Source of the DNA: Narcine bancroftii
Lineage: Eukaryota
DNA: 64,000 bases
NCBI RefSeq assembly: GCF_036971445.1
Contig: NC_091473.1
Span: 211,544,001 to 211,608,000, forward strand
Direction of reading: 5' to 3'
Both the position numbers and the translations under genes were made by a program. The notes beneath the pieces were generated by a model. That model ran no database searches. It had not been told where the DNA came from and saw only the letters and a list, made by a program, of their open reading frames with translations. This document shows, piece by piece, positions 37,407 through 50,880 of this stretch (position 1 is the first letter of the stretch; every line of letters starts with the position of its first letter).

Positions 37407-38182
37407 CACCATTTCATCAGATGCAAGGATCGACAACGAGATAGACAACAGACTCGCCAAGGCAAATAGTGCCTTTGGAAGACTACACAAAAGAGTCTGG
37501 AAAAACAACCAACTGAAAAAGCTCACAAAGATAAGCGTATACAGAGCCGTTGTCATACCCACACTCCTGTTCGGCTCCAAATCATGGATCCTCTACCGGC
37601 ATCACCTACAGCTCCTAGAACGCTTCCACCAGCGTTGTCTCCGCTCCATCCTCAACATTCATTGGAGCGACTTCATCCCTAACATCGAAGTACTCGAGAT
37701 GGCAGAGGCCGACAGCATTGAATCCACGCTGCTGAAGATCCAACTGCGCTGGGTAGGTCACGTCTCCAGAATGGAGGACCATCGCCTTCCCAAGATTGTG
37801 TTATATGGTGAGCTCTCCACTGGCCACCGTGACAGAGGTGCACCAAAGAAGAGGTACAAGGACTGCCTAAAGAAATCTCTTGGTGCCTGCCACATTGACC
37901 ACCGCCAGTGGGCTGTTATCGCCTCAAACCGTGCATCTTGGCGCCTCACAGTTTGGCGGGCAGCAACCTCCTTTGAAGAAGACCGCAGAGCCCACCTCAC
38001 TGACAAAACACAAAGGAGGAAAAGCCCAACACCCAACCCCAACCAACTAATTTTCCCCTGCAACCGCTGCAACCGTGTCTGCCTGTCCCGCATCGGACTT
38101 GTCAGCCACAAACGAGCCTGCAGCTGACGTGGACATTTACCCCCTCCATAAATCTTCGTCCGCGAAGCCAAGCCAAAGAAGA
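37407..38182 (+). mobile_element. RTE LINE 3' fragment (open frame)
   Basis: Nearly identical to the 3' part of 6060-7344; absent from the paralogous site at ~53608. Confidence 0.9.
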
Positions 38183-38479
38183 TTACATATATATTGTTTA
38201 GATATTAATTCTAGATTTTATATAATGAAACCCAGAATGAGTCTTATATAAATTATTCATTATCTTATATAATTCTTGAAAAAGTGAAAAATCCTTATGA
38301 GAATTTCACCTCCTGTTTAACACTGAGTTTACATTGTGATTAAATAGACCAATCTCTTCCAGTTGTAGAAAAAAAATAAGAACAAAAGAAAAAAGAAAAT
38401 AAAAAAGGAAGACCCCACCCCACCACTAATCTAACTCCTCCCACTAAACACGGTCACCAGAAAATGAATTGTAAAGAAT

Positions 38480-41400
38480 CGAGTCTCGGTTCTTGGACGT
38501 CGGATAGAAAACCCCAGAGCACCCCTGCCTAAGTCATAAAATGATGATCATGTCCATGAATGGGCCCCATATCTTGTAATTTAACCTTGATCTCTTTAAC
38601 ATTTGATCTAATTTTCTCCAAACTCAACCAAGGCATAGCATCCTGTAACCAATGCATACGAGTTGGTGCTCTGCTGTCTTTCCCTCTTATCCAAATTGCT
38701 CTTACGGCCATCCATGAAATCAAAGCTACAATTTTATTTTAGTTGAATTCAAGGAAATCTTCATTTCTAGAGAATAATAAAACAAAGCAATAAAAGGACA
38801 TGGTTCTAATTTAATCCTAAGATTCTGTGATAGAGTTTTAAAGAATTGTTCCCAATATTCTTATAGTTCAGGACACTCCCAGAATGTATGAATCAGAGAG
38901 TCCTCAAATTTTTTACATTTGCCACATCGTGGATCAACATCAGGATAAAAACAAGATAATCTAACTTTGGACATACATTTTCTTTTTTTTTAACTTTATT
39001 TAAGATTTTATAACATGAATAAAATAGAAGATTACATTTTAAAAAAAAATAGAAATAAGATAATAAAATTACAGTGCCACATCGGTAAACTAAATAAACT
39101 AACCCCCCCCCCAATGATTATTACACAACATTAATAACCTAACTTAAAATTAGTCTAACCCCCCCCCCCAAAATAGAGAGTGAAGAGTTAATAAAATAAA
39201 CAATATTATATATAAGAAAAAAAGCCCACTTACAAAAAAAATAAAACATAACAAGTAAAGATACTAACAAAAAAGTTATCAATACTAAAATATCACACTT
39301 AAAACATATTTAAAGCAAACTTAAATGCATATATTTAACAAACGGAGTCCACTTTGACATAAAAAGACATCCTATCCTGAATTGAAAAAGATATCCTTTC
39401 CATGGTCAAACAGGATTTCATCTCCAAATGCCACCTATCTAAAGTTAATATATTTCTATCTTTCCAAGTAAGTGCTATACATTTCTTGGCCACAGCTAAA
39501 GCTATATAGATAAAGGAAATCTGATAATCCTTTAAACCTAAATCAATTAGTGATTGCAAATTCCCTAATAAAAATATATTAGGATCTAATACAAGACAGA
39601 TATTATATAAACTATTAAATATAGATTGAATACCTTTCCAAAACTGTTGCAATTGATCACAAAGCCAGACAGTGTACAAAAAATTATTAGCCGTCTGGTT
39701 ACAACGAAAACAGCAATCCAACTTACTAAGGCCAAACTTTTTTAATTTCTCCGGTGTTAAATATAACTGATGTATAAAATTATAATTAATCATTGCTAAT
39801 CTAGCATTAATTAGTTTCCGAATACTATTCTGGCAAATTTCCATCCAGGCTTCTTCAGCTATTGTAAAACCTAAATCTTTTTCCCATTTCAATTTATCTT
39901 TATCCCAATCTTTTTTACTTTCAGTTTCTTGTAAAATACAATACAAATCAGATATATATCCCTTTTTTGCTATTGAAAGTACATATTCCTCAAAATTAGA
40001 ATCAGGCAGTAAGATCATATGACGACCACATATTTGTTTTACAAAAGATCTTAATTGATAATATACAAATACAGAATTTCCACTAATACCAAATTTTCTT
40101 TGTAATTCATCAAAGGAACAAAAACATCCCTCAGAAAAACAATCAGATAAGTTTTTTATTCCCTTCCTTTCCCATTGTTTCAAGGTGATATTGGAGACTG
40201 TAAAAGGAACAAGTTGATTATTATATAATGGCAATCGTCCAGACCATTTATTTTTGAGCCCCAATTTGTTAAGTTTACTTGTCCATAAATTCAATAAATG
40301 CTTCAATATTGGTACATCATAAGTTCATAATAAATTTTTATTCCATCGAAACAAAAACTCATGAGGAGATTTTTCTAAAATAACCGCCATTTCTACCTTT
40401 GCCCAACTGGGTGGATCATCCATATTCATTAATGCACTAAGAAATTTAAATTGAGCTGCTTCATAATAATGCTGAAAATTCGGTAATCTTAAACCTCCAA
40501 ATTGGAAATCCCACATCAACTTTCTCATCGCTACCCTCAGAAATTTTCCCTTCCATAAGAAGTCTCTAATTGCTTTATATAAATCCTTAAAAAAACTTTT
40601 GTTTAAAAAATAGGGAATTGATTGAAAGACATACATTTTCTATGTACAACTTTAAATTGTATTAAACAATGACATGGACAGAATGAAGTAATTATTCATC
40701 AGATCAGCATGTTATCCCAATTTTCATCTGAAGTTGATGTATTCAAATCTCGTTCCAATTCATTCTTCATTCCAATCTGTGAACATATTTTTAGGTCCAT
40801 CAATTTGCTATAAATACTTGCTATTGATCCACCATGGGAAAACTTTAAATCAAGAACATTGGTATCAGGCATTCGAGGAAAATTAGAGAATTTAGACTGA
40901 ACAAAATGCCTATTTGTAGAGATCTAAAAAAAGCCTATCAATTGTTCAAATGCAGTGAAATTGCCTCGAATATAAAGATCCTTAAAACTTTTTATTCCCA
41001 ATCCAACCCTTTCACTAAAAGCTGCATCCAAGATAGAAGGATGAAAAAGATGATTTTTTTAATAATAGGACTAGAAAGAGAAACATGAAGATAGCCAAAG
41101 AATTTCCTAAATTGTGCCCATATTCTCAGTCAATGTCTCATTATCGAATTGTCCGTAAATTTCGAAAAAGAAAAAGGTAAGGAAGATCCTAAAACTGCCA
41201 ACATAGTGAAACTTTTTGAAAAACTCAGTTCCATTTTAACTCAAGGGGGTTGATCATCTGAAATATCAAAATGTAAGAGCAATATAATTTTTGTACATTT
41301 AACTGCCCAATAATAAAATATAAAATTTGGGAGAGAAAAGCCCCATTTCTTTTCGTCTATTGAAGAGAGGCCTTGTTTATACCGATTGTTTACCTTGCCG

Positions 41401-41800
41401 TAAATACGAAGAAATAATTGAATCCAGTGAATTAAAACAAGTTTTAGGAATGAAAATTGGTAAAGATTGAAACATGTACAAAAATGTTCATTTTAATTAC
41501 ATTAATATGTCCAATCACTGTCATGCACAAGGGTGGCCGTCCCGATAATGACTCTTTAGTCTGGTTAGCTAATACTGAAAAATTATCTTCCAATAAGATT
41601 TTACAACTTTTAGTCATCGTAATTCCCAGATATTTGAATTGGTCTTTAACTATTTTAAAAGGGAAATTAGCATAGATTGCTAAAGATCTCTATAGGTAGT
41701 AATTCACTCATGAAAATTTACTTTACAACCTAAAAACAAACTAAATTGGGCAAACAAAGTTAGTATAATTGATAAAGAAATCTCAGGATTGGAAAGATGT
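38480..41800 (-). mobile_element. Old degenerate L1/Tx1-like ORF2 (paralog ~53900-55515)
   Basis: Minus strand FPFKIVKDQFKYLGITMTK, GFSLPNFIFYYWAVK. Confidence 0.7.
38983..40627 (-). mobile_element. Young 5'-truncated L1 with poly(A) tail and 13-bp TSD
   Basis: TSD GACATACATTTTC at 38970-38982 and 40628-40640; poly-T at 38983; ORF2 C-terminal frames 40325-40636 and 39335-40306 (GGLRLPNF, CFRC); empty site at ~54378. Confidence 0.9.
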
Positions 41801-41893
41801 TTTGCCACTTCTCATGAGTTTGATGGTGATGTTTTTACCTGCAGAACATTGTGGTCAAGAAACCGTTCCATCTGGCTCTGACAGAACTTACCA

Positions 41894-42120
41894 TGTTGAA
41901 GTGCCAGTTGATGAAGTAAACAAAGACAATGTGGTCAAACAATAATTATGGCTTTTATTAGCAGAAGCTAATGGTACAATAATGAAAGACAATGGGTGCA
42001 GACACAGTTATACCCAAGGGGAGTGTCTTGAATAGGAGAGATAATGCACAGCCAATGTTAGTACAGCAAGGCTCGCCAGAGGTGGGGGGGGGGGGGTTTG
42101 ACAGGCTGCTTCACCACACA
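41894..42120 (-). mobile_element. ~227-bp solo LTR-like insertion
   Basis: TG...CA ends, minus-strand AATAAA, absent from the paralog at ~55599; TSD not clean. Confidence 0.5.
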
Positions 42121-42295
42121 TGTGAGCTGTTTTTATGACATCATATTTACCCCGCCTTCACGCCAATCGCACCCCATTTCCATCTAACTTGAATTCGAAG
42201 GCCCTCCTGGACCCGACTACTCCTTCCATGAATTGTGATCTCTTGCATCTGCACATTGAACTCAAGATACATGGCATCACATACAACCCTGAGAT

Positions 42296-45200
42296 TGTAG
42301 TGCTGGACACAGCCAAGAAAGAAAAAGCCACTACATTGAAAGTCGTTAATGACTGCTTTATTTAAATTCAGTGCGCTCCCTTTTAAGGGCATCATGAGCT
42401 CAGTCACCTCGTGCATTGTGACGTCGTAATCACTGCCCCAGGCGTGCGCTGGGCAGGAGACAAGCCATGGAGAAACCCTGACAGTGCCATCTTCCCATGG
42501 CTGCCCCGCCACATGGCGTTACACGCGGGGCCGGTTCACCATGAGAGAGTGCACCATCACACAACCCCCTAGAACCGGACACATGTCCCACCGCTTGGGT
42601 GTTGGGTGGGCGGCCCCAGCATTTGGGCATAGCTGTCTCCACCGGCCGTGATAGGTCTAAGTGCGCCGCTTTCAAACGGTCCACGGTGAAAAATTCATTT
42701 TTACCCCCTATGTCCATAGTGAAAGTCCTGCCAGACCACTGGAGGACCTTGTATGGATCCTCTTACGGGCATTGTAAATATACCATATGTGGACTGTGCC
42801 GAACAAATACAAATTCCGCCAAGTCCAGCTCTTTGGGAGGATGTGTCGGTCGGATGCCATGATGTGAGGGAGGCGGGGTGGGGGGGGGCTAGCGAGGATA
42901 GTTTTTTACATAGATCTGCCAAAAAGGTTCGCGTGCTCGGACGTGACATTGGGCTCCGGGCTAAAGAACTCAATGGGCAGTGAGAGCGGCACACCGTAGA
43001 CCAGTTCCACAGAAGACACCTGTAGGTCCTCCTTGGGTGCTGTCCTGATGCCAAAGACGACCCAGGGCTGTTCGTCTGCCCAGCCTGGGCTGGTGAGGCG
43101 AGCCATGAGGGCGGATTTCATATGACGATGAAACCTCTCTATCAAACCATTTGCTTGTAGGTGGTAGGCTGTGGTGTGGTGGACATTAACCCCAAGGAGG
43201 TTCACCAGCTGAGCCCAGAGCATAGAGGTGAAGTGGCCACCCCTGTCACTACTGAGTGCGCTGGGACTCTGAACCTAGCAATCCAATGACTGACTAGGTT
43301 CCTGGAGCACGTCTCTGCGGAAGCCTCTTTGATGGGAATGGCCTCCGGCCATCTCATGGTCCAATTGACTATTGTGAGAAGGTAGTGCACTTCTCTGGAC
43401 ACCAGCAGGGGACCTACAACGTCAATGTGGCTATGCTGAAATCTCTGCACCGCTGGGTCGAAATGCTGGATTGGGGCCTGTGTATGCCAGCGGACCTTGG
43501 AGACCTGGCACCTGGTGCAGTTCCTCGCCATCTCGGGGACTTTTTTGAGCCCGTGACACACAAACCTCTCTGCCACCATTCGTACTGAAGTCTTCACCAA
43601 GGGGTTGGCTAGGTCATGGTTTAAGCTGAAAACCCTCCACCTCTACTGCGGTGGGACTACCGGGCACGGCGAGCCGGTGGAGTCATCACAGAGCAGCATG
43701 TCTAGGCTGTGGGGCAACTGAATGTCCTGGAGCTCGATGCCAGAGATGGTGGTCCGGAGAGACTGTGTCTCTGTGTCCAGCTTCTCGACCAGTGCCAACT
43801 ATGTATAGTCAAGGCTGGGGGCGAGAGCGTTGATCGCCAGACGAGAGAACGCATCCACCCTGACATTGTCTGCCTGCCCTGTGCCAGATGTCGGTGGTGA
43901 ACTCCGACACGTAGGAGAGGTGGTGTGCTGGCGAGTCGACCACAGATCTTTTGCCATTGCGAGTCCTTATGTGAGGGGGCTTGTGGTCTATGAACACCAT
44001 GAAGGGCCTGCCCTGCAGAAAATATTGAAAGTGTCAGATGCTCCCAGTCGAAAATGCTGTACTTGAGCTCCGGAGGGTGCAGCTGTTTGCTAAAGAAGGC
44101 CAGTGGACGCCACTGCCCGTTGAGCCACTGCTCGAGTACGTCCCCTACCACCGTGGCTGAAACATCCACCGAAAGCACCGTGTGTGCCTCCAGGCATGGG
44201 TGCACCAATAGAGTTGTATTGGCTAGGCCCACCTTTGTTGTGGCAAAAGCGGTCTCTGCCTCCTCTGACCAGGTCAGGACTTTATCCTTAGTGGCAATCA
44301 ATGCAAACAGCAGTCGCATGGTACGGGTGGCGCTGGGGATGAACTGATGATAAAAATTCACCATCCCCACAAACTCTTGAGGGTGGTTGACTTGGGGAAC
44401 TGCTGGACGGCCAAGATGGTGTGCCCCAGGAGCTGCAGCGTCTGCTTGCTGAACTGGCATTTGGCCACATTGACCGTGAGGCCAAACTCCGCCAGTCAGG
44501 CAAGCCGTGTACAGAAGTTGGCCTTGTGTTCTTCGCGGTTGCGGCTGGCGATAAGGATATCATCCAGGTAGATAAACACAAAGTCCAAGTCCCTTCCCAC
44601 TGCATCCATAAGGTGCTGAAAAGACTGGGCCGTGTTCTTGAGGCGAAAGGCCAAAGGGAGTGATGATCACCTTCTGCCAATGTCCTCGGGGTGGACCGGG
44701 ATCTGATGGTATTCTTGCACCAGGTCAACCTTGGAGAAGACTTGAACACCATGGAGATTGGTCGAGAAGTCTTGAATGTGTGGAACTGGGTACCTGTCCA
44801 GTGTGGTCGCATCATTCAAATGTCGGTAATCGCCACAGGGTCTCCAGACCCCAGAGGATTTGGTGACCATGTAGAGAGGGGATGCCCAGGCGCTGTCCGA
44901 GTAATGGACGATCCCCAACTCCTGCAGCTGGGAAGACTCCTCCTTTGCCAGCTGCAGCTTCTTGGGCGGAAGTCGTCTGGGTTTGGCGTGTAGTGGGAGG
45001 CCCTGCGTGGAGATATGGTAGTATATCCCATGCTGAGGTGTAAGGTGGCGCTGAATCGTAGTTGAAGGCTGGTGGGGAACTCATGGAGTATATTTGAATA
45101 CTCATCCCTGGAAGTGGCAATGGCGGCATTCTTGGGCCTGCAGGCGCCCAGGCACAATGAATGGAAAGTGCGAGCATTGATCAGCTCTTACCCTTCATGT

Positions 45201-45910
45201 CGATCAACAGTTCATGTGCCCTCAGGAAGTCAGCCCCTAACAACGCAGTACCCGTTGAGGCTAACATGAACTTCTAGTGGAATTTCTCTTTCCTGATCTG
45301 GATCTGGATCTGTGCCCTGCGGTCTTGATGTCGGAACCGTTGGCTGTCCACAGGGTGGGATGAGATTGGGTGCATGTTTTGAGGGCAGTGGGGGACAGGA
45401 TGGTCAGCTCCGCTCCTGCATCCACCAGGAAATGTTGGCCAGTGGACTTGTTGGTAACATGAAGGAGGCTGTCCACGTGGCCAGCCGGCACAGCCATCAA
45501 TGGTGGCTGGCCGGGTCATTTCCCTTGGTAGTCACACAGTTATCAGCACTTACGAGCTTGTGCTCCCCAGCGCTGATGGTAAAAGCACGAGGTGGAATGG
45601 TGCTCCTCCTGCTTGTGCTTGGGGGAGTGTTGCGGCCAGCAGGCTCTTGGTTGCGCAACCTGACTGAGGGCCACTTCACTCTCACTCTTGGTGCGCCAGA
45701 GGGTGTCTGCTTGGGCTGCGACTCAGCATCGATCCATGAAGTCCTTATCCGCCAGGAGTAGTTAGATGTCCCGGACATCTGCTTGAGGAAGATCTGACGG
45801 AATAGGAAACAAGGTTTGTGATCCTCCGCCAGCACTAGCATCTCATTCATTAGGTCCGATGGTGTGCAGTCCCCAAGCCTGTTGAGGTCCAGATAGAATG
45901 CACTGCCACA
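42296..45910 (-). mobile_element. Gypsy LTR retrotransposon, degenerate; 3' LTR 42296-42561, 5' LTR almost entirely deleted
   Basis: PR FLVDAGAE; RT WASPL...[11 protein letters not shown]...[11 protein letters not shown]; RNase H WRPLAFFSK; IN HIDVVGPL and TTAYHLQANGLIERFHR; PPT; 4-bp TSD AGAT (42292-42295, 45911-45914); empty site at ~55755. Confidence 0.92.
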
Positions 45911-45984
45911 AGATTCCTTTTCCTGGGGCCAGGCAGAATTTCTACATATTGGTATTGGAAGAAGAAACTACTCAAGAGAGATTT

Positions 45985-46230
45985 AAATACAAAAGAGAAG
46001 TCTAAACAAGTGGTGAGCGGTGTTCCATTGGGATTCTGTTGGGCCTGCAACTGTTCATGATATACATTAATGACTTGGAAGAGGAGACCGAGTGCAGTGT
46101 ATCTTAGTTTACTGATGACATTAAATTGAGTGGTAAAGCAAATTGTGCAGAAGATACAGAGAGTCTACAGATATATATGGATAGGTTAAGGGTCTGGCAG
46201 AAGGAGCAAAATGTTGGTAAATGTGAGGTT
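45985..46230 (+). mobile_element. CR1 RT fragment (paralog 55830-56074)
   Basis: VVSGVP...LFMIYINDLEE...FTDDIKL...LQIYMDRL. Confidence 0.75.
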
Positions 46231-46803
46231 CTGTTGTGTGTGAGGGAGGCTCCCTGCCTACTGCTGGTGGTCAAGAGACCTTGCCTGAAATTCATTTGGA
46301 AGTCACACCACCTGTCAGTACATGGTGTACTCTTTGTTCCACTCAAAGTTACAAAGTTTTAGACAATGTTCCAAACTGCAGGTGGAATGCCTGTTAAGAT
46401 CCAGAAGGACAATGGCCCCTCTTCCCCACAGGGCGCTTAGCACGCAGGTGCAAGGGAGCATGATTGACAGTTGCCTTTACCGAATCCAACGGGGGGTGAA
46501 TAGGACACATGATGGTGATTGGTCTGGAGGCGAGGCTGAGAGAGTGACAGGTTTCTGAAGTCGGGCATTGGTGGAGGTTGGGGAACAGGGATGAGTAGGT
46601 GGGTGCTATAATGTCATAAAGAGATGTCACGTGATTTAGTTGCATATTGTGTCTAATTTAAGAAGGCGAGATGGAGCGGTTTCTGGCGCACATTGCATTC
46701 TGGGTAGAAACACTGACATCACTCTTGCTGGGCACAGTGTTTGCTCCCAATTTGTTATCTCTCCAACTCCTTGATGTGTGCTGCCCATCAGTAAATGATG
46801 TCA

Positions 46804-47768
46804 TACAGGTTATTTTACTCCGTTAGTGGGCTTATGGGTGGATAAGTTTCAGACAGCGATTATTCGTCTAACATTGACAGTCGCTCGTAAATGTGTTGCT
46901 ATGTCCTGGAAAGATGAAGCGGAGTTAAATGTAATTCAATGGCATAATGAGTTGAAGTCGTGTATTTATATGGAGAAAATACCATACAATTTACATAATA
47001 ATTATGATATTTTTGTTAAGATGTGGACACTAAATATGAATGTAAGGGATACTGGAATGTGAGGAGTCAAGCAAGTGCTAATTAAAAATGAAGTATTATG
47101 GGTTAACTTAAGGTGAAGGGATGCTGGATTGGGAGGAGTCAAGCAAGTGCTCATTAGAAATGAAGTATTATGGGTTAAATCAGGGTGAAGGGATGCTGGA
47201 ATGGGAGGAAGGGTTATAAAAGTATAATGAAATAAGGATCTTCAAAACAGGATAGCAAGTAGATAGCTTTAGCAAGTCTTGGGGATTGTTTAATGAGTAA
47301 AGAACAAAGACATGATATTTCCTGGCTAACAAGTTTGCAGGAAGGCACATAAACTGATAAGAAGTTAGAATCCACGTGGGCAGAATTACCTAATGCTAAA
47401 CCAATCCAGGAGGCAGAAGAATGTTAGGGGGAGGGTACCTCTACACTGAAATGAACTGTATAAAAGTTGGGTGAGCCCCAGTATCTGTGTGTATTCCCAG
47501 GGTAAGGGGAAGCACCCAACTTTGCATTGTTGTATAATAAAAGTTCTTTGTTCTCAATTTTTGTCTCGAGCAAATTCTGTGAAGGTACTTCTGTTTCTCA
47601 CATGAAGAATATGAATTTATTAATATTGTAAATTACTGAATTTTTTTGTTTATTTTTAATGCTTCCCTTTAGGGATCTGTTGTGGGAGGGGGAAGGGGTG
47701 GGTTTGTTTTACTGTTTTATTATTAGATTACTTATTCTATAAGTCTCTGGATTCTTTAAAAAAATTAA
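46804..47768 (+). mobile_element. L1 3' fragment inserted into the ZNF promoter
   Basis: ARKCVAMSWK...MEKIPY ORF2 C-terminus; A-rich tail; 14-bp TSD AGTAAATGATGTCA (46790-46803) / AGGAAATGACGTCA (47769-47782); absent from the inverted paralog at ~32948-32961. Confidence 0.8.
47041..47602 (+). mobile_element. ERV solo LTR (class I), related to the LTR at 60865-61556
   Basis: TG...CA; 4-bp TSD TGAA (47037-47040, 47603-47606); TATAAAA ~47459, AATAAA ~47536; R-U5 matches 61370-61556. Confidence 0.9.
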
Positions 47769-47910
47769 AGGAAATGACGTCACAGACATCACATGCAACA
47801 CCGCCCATTCCCGTTAGCCCCGCCCTATGAGCAGATTGACAGAAAGACAAGGAGCTGCAGCCGCTGGAACCTGAAGCGCCGGAGAAACTCACGCAGCATC
47901 TCGAGGGAGT
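47769..47910 (+). promoter_or_regulatory. Putative ZNF promoter/first exon with an ETS-CRE-like composite site
   Basis: GGAAATGACGTCAC (CRE 47775-47782), GC box, preserved CpGs; same site in the inverted copy at ~32948. Confidence 0.55.
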
Positions 47911-49602
47911 GAAGGGAACCGACGTCCCGGAACGTTCTCTCTCTTTCCCTCCATCTCCTCCATCTCCCCACCCCCTTCCCTCCCGTCTCCTGTCAGCTCT
48001 ACCTTCCTTGGTCCCTCTGTCCTCGCCCCATCACCTCAGCTTCTTTCTCTTCTCCCCTTCCACGTGGATCCACCTATTACCCCTGACGTTTAATCCTGTG
48101 CTCCTCCCCCCGCCTTTTTATTCAGGCCTTTCCCTGTTTGTACAGATTCGTGACAAAGGGCTCAGGCCCGTAACGTGGTTCAGCTTTTACTTCCTGTAGA
48201 TGCAGCGTGACCTGCTGAGTTTCTCCAGCACTTTGGTGAAGTGCCCTCAACCCCAGCATCTGCAGGTTTTCTTGTTTAACTCCAGGGGGACGTGGCTATG
48301 TTGAGTATTTTGTAGAACGTTTTCCTCTGGTGAGTAAATTCATCGTGATCACTTTATGTAGTTGGACAAAGGTGTTAATTGGAAATGGAATAAAGGATAG
48401 GTGGGAAAATGTGAGTATTGATTGGGGTGGCGGGGGGGGGGGGGGAGGGTGGTTGGCTGTGTGGAAGCAGAGCTGGGGAAAAGGAGACAGAGGGAAAAGA
48501 GACTCCACTTTGTAGACGAAGTTTCCAATATCCAGGTGTGTGTACTCTACCCATACCTTGCCCGTGTCCTCCCCATTATCTTGTATCGCTCATCTCTTGG
48601 ATGTGTCTGATTCCTGCCACCAGCATCGTCTTTGCCATCCATCTCCACCCCCCCCAACCCCCGACCATTGCTGCTGGGGGATCCTCATGCGCTGTTGTGA
48701 GGTACCCACCTATTTCAAACAGGTGTTAATCATCCGGTGCCCAAGAAGAGTGCAGTAACCTGTCTTAATCACTATCGACCAGTAGCACTTACATCAACAG
48801 TGATTAAATATTTTGAAAGGCTGATGATGAAGTATATTAGCTCCAGTCTGAACATTGACATGGATACATTCCATTGTAATATCAGGGCTATAGTGGGTGC
48901 CATTTCACCGGCTCTACACAAAGCCCTTGAACACCTGGACAGCAAAGATGCACACATCAGGATGCTCTTTATCAACTACAGTTTGGCATTTAACACCATC
49001 ATCCCCTCAAAGCAGATAAGCAAACTCCTTTTGATGTCACAATGGAAAATTGATGTGGGGATACAGTTTATGTGTGTGCTATTGTGGCTCTTTGGACAGA
49101 GCAGATTCTTGACTGTGAAGGATTCTGGGTAATAATGAGGTCATCTGCCATGACTAAAATGTTCATAGAACTAGACTTCATTTAATAGTACATCTTTGGG
49201 TTCATAAAATGTTCCTTGCCTTGTTGCCTCTTTTTAGAACATATCACATGTTTCTGTGCTAAATTTCACCCTCCATAATGATCCTCCTCACAGTTCAGGC
49301 CACATCCATGGTTGGTCCTGTTGCTGGCCATTCCTCCAGGGTGTGTCTTCCTGGAACATTGGCTGCAGAGAATGTCTTCCTCCCTCTCACTCCACCATCT
49401 TCTCTTCACAGGGTTAAGAAAGTATTGTGTTTCCAGGCAGGAGAGCTTCAGAAAACAACATTGTGGTCTGACGCACCGACTGGATTCCTCATAACCTTAG
49501 TATCAGCCAGCTTCATTGGTGGATTAGGAGCGGGGAGATCACCGCATGGAGAAATCCTATACCCGTTGAGTGCTTGAACTGGATCTCCTCTGATTGGCCA
49601 AC

Positions 49603-50880
49603 ATGGAAGGTCAGGTGACCAGTGATACAGCAGATAAAACACTCCAAAGTGAAGTGTATGGCAATGAGGAACTTTCTGTGGACTTGCTGGAAACACATCC
49701 CTGCGCTCACACTGGGAAGAGACCGTTCGCCTGTTCCAAATGTGGGGAGGGATTCGCCAGCTCTGACGTACTGCTGCAACACCAGTGTGTCCCCACTAGG
49801 GAGAGCCCATTTTCGTGCTCTGACTGTGGGAAGAATTTTCAAACCTCCAAGGACTTGGAGGAGCATGGGTGCCTTCCCCCCGGGGAGAGTCCGTTCACCT
49901 GCCGCGTGTGTGGGAAGGGGTTCACCCAGTCCTCCAGTCTCCTGCAACACCAGAACATTCGATCCAGAGAGAAAGCCTTTAAATGCTGTGCATGTGGGAA
50001 GGGGTTCTCTCGATCCGCGCACCTGCTACAACACCAGAGGATTCACACCGAAGAGAGACCATTCACCTGCTCCCTTTGTGGGAAGGGGTTCTCTCAATCC
50101 TCCCACCTACTACAACACCAGAGAATTCACACTGGGGAGAAACCATTCACCTGTTCCCTGTGTGGGAAGGGGTTCTCTCAATCCTCAAACCTGCTGAGGC
50201 ACCAGAGAATTCACATTGGGGCAAAACCATTCACCTGTTCTCTATGTGGGAAGGGGTTCTCTCAGCTCTCTGGGCTGCAGGCACACCAGTGGATTCACAC
50301 CGGGGAGAAACCATTCACTTGCTCTCTGTGTGGGATTGGATTCACTCAGTCCTCCCACCTGCGGGCACACCAGCGAGTTCACACTGGTGAGAAACCATTC
50401 ACCTGCTCCCTGTGTGGGATTGGATTCACACACTCCTCCCACCTGCAGGTACACCAGCGGGTTCACACTGGGGAAAAGCCATTCATTTGCTCCCTATGTG
50501 GGATCAGATTCACTCAGTCCTCCCACCTGCAGGTACACCAGCGGGTTCACACTGGGGAGAAACCTTTCACCTGCTCCCTGTGCGGGAAGGGGTTCTCTCA
50601 GTCCTCCGACCTGCGGGTACACCAGCGGGTTCACACTGGGGAGAAACCGTTCACCTGCTCCATGTGTGGGAAGGGTTTCTCCACATCCTCGCATCTGCTG
50701 AGGCATCAGAGAGGTCACACTGGGGAAAAGCCATTCACCTGCTCCCTGTGTGGGATCAGATTCACTCATTCCACCAACCTGCGGAGGCACCAGAGAGTTC
50801 ACTCTGGGGAGAAACCATTCTCTCCTAGCAAGTGTGGAGAGGAATTCACCAATTCTTCCTCTCTGCAGGCCCACTGTTGA
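49603..50880 (+). CDS. KRAB-less tandem C2H2 zinc-finger protein, 425 aa, with 10 canonical and ~4-5 degenerate fingers
   Basis: ATG in strong context gccaacATGG; uninterrupted ORF; TGEKPF linkers; putative splice acceptor 'cttctcttcacag' at ~49410; no KRAB/SCAN/BTB exon recognised. Confidence 0.85.
   Translation: MEGQVTSDTADKTLQSEVYGNEELSVDLLETHPCAHTGKRPFACSKCGEGFASSDVLLQHQCVPTRESPFSCSDCGKNFQTSKDLEEHGCLPPGESPFTCRVCGKGFTQSSSLLQHQNIRSREKAFKCCACGKGFSRSAHLLQHQRIHTEERPFTCSLCGKGFSQSSHLLQHQRIHTGEKPFTCSLCGKGFSQSSNLLRHQRIHIGAKPFTCSLCGKGFSQLSGLQAHQWIHTGEKPFTCSLCGIGFTQSSHLRAHQRVHTGEKPFTCSLCGIGFTHSSHLQVHQRVHTGEKPFICSLCGIRFTQSSHLQVHQRVHTGEKPFTCSLCGKGFSQSSDLRVHQRVHTGEKPFTCSMCGKGFSTSSHLLRHQRGHTGEKPFTCSLCGIRFTHSTNLRRHQRVHSGEKPFSPSKCGEEFTNSSSLQAHC

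Larger units (their letters stand above)
34794..46400 (+). repeat. Direct segmental duplicate of 50994-56240, enlarged by four later insertions
   Basis: Colinear from 'ctggacgagacttagc' to 'ggtggaatgcc(t/a)gttaagat' once the RTE, L1, LTR-like and Gypsy inserts are removed. Confidence 0.9.

Noticed and set aside
47900-49600. KRAB/SCAN/BTB exon upstream of the ZNF
   Set aside because: No such motif seen; the interval is mostly Penelope and Rex/Babar remnants (absence judged by eye only)
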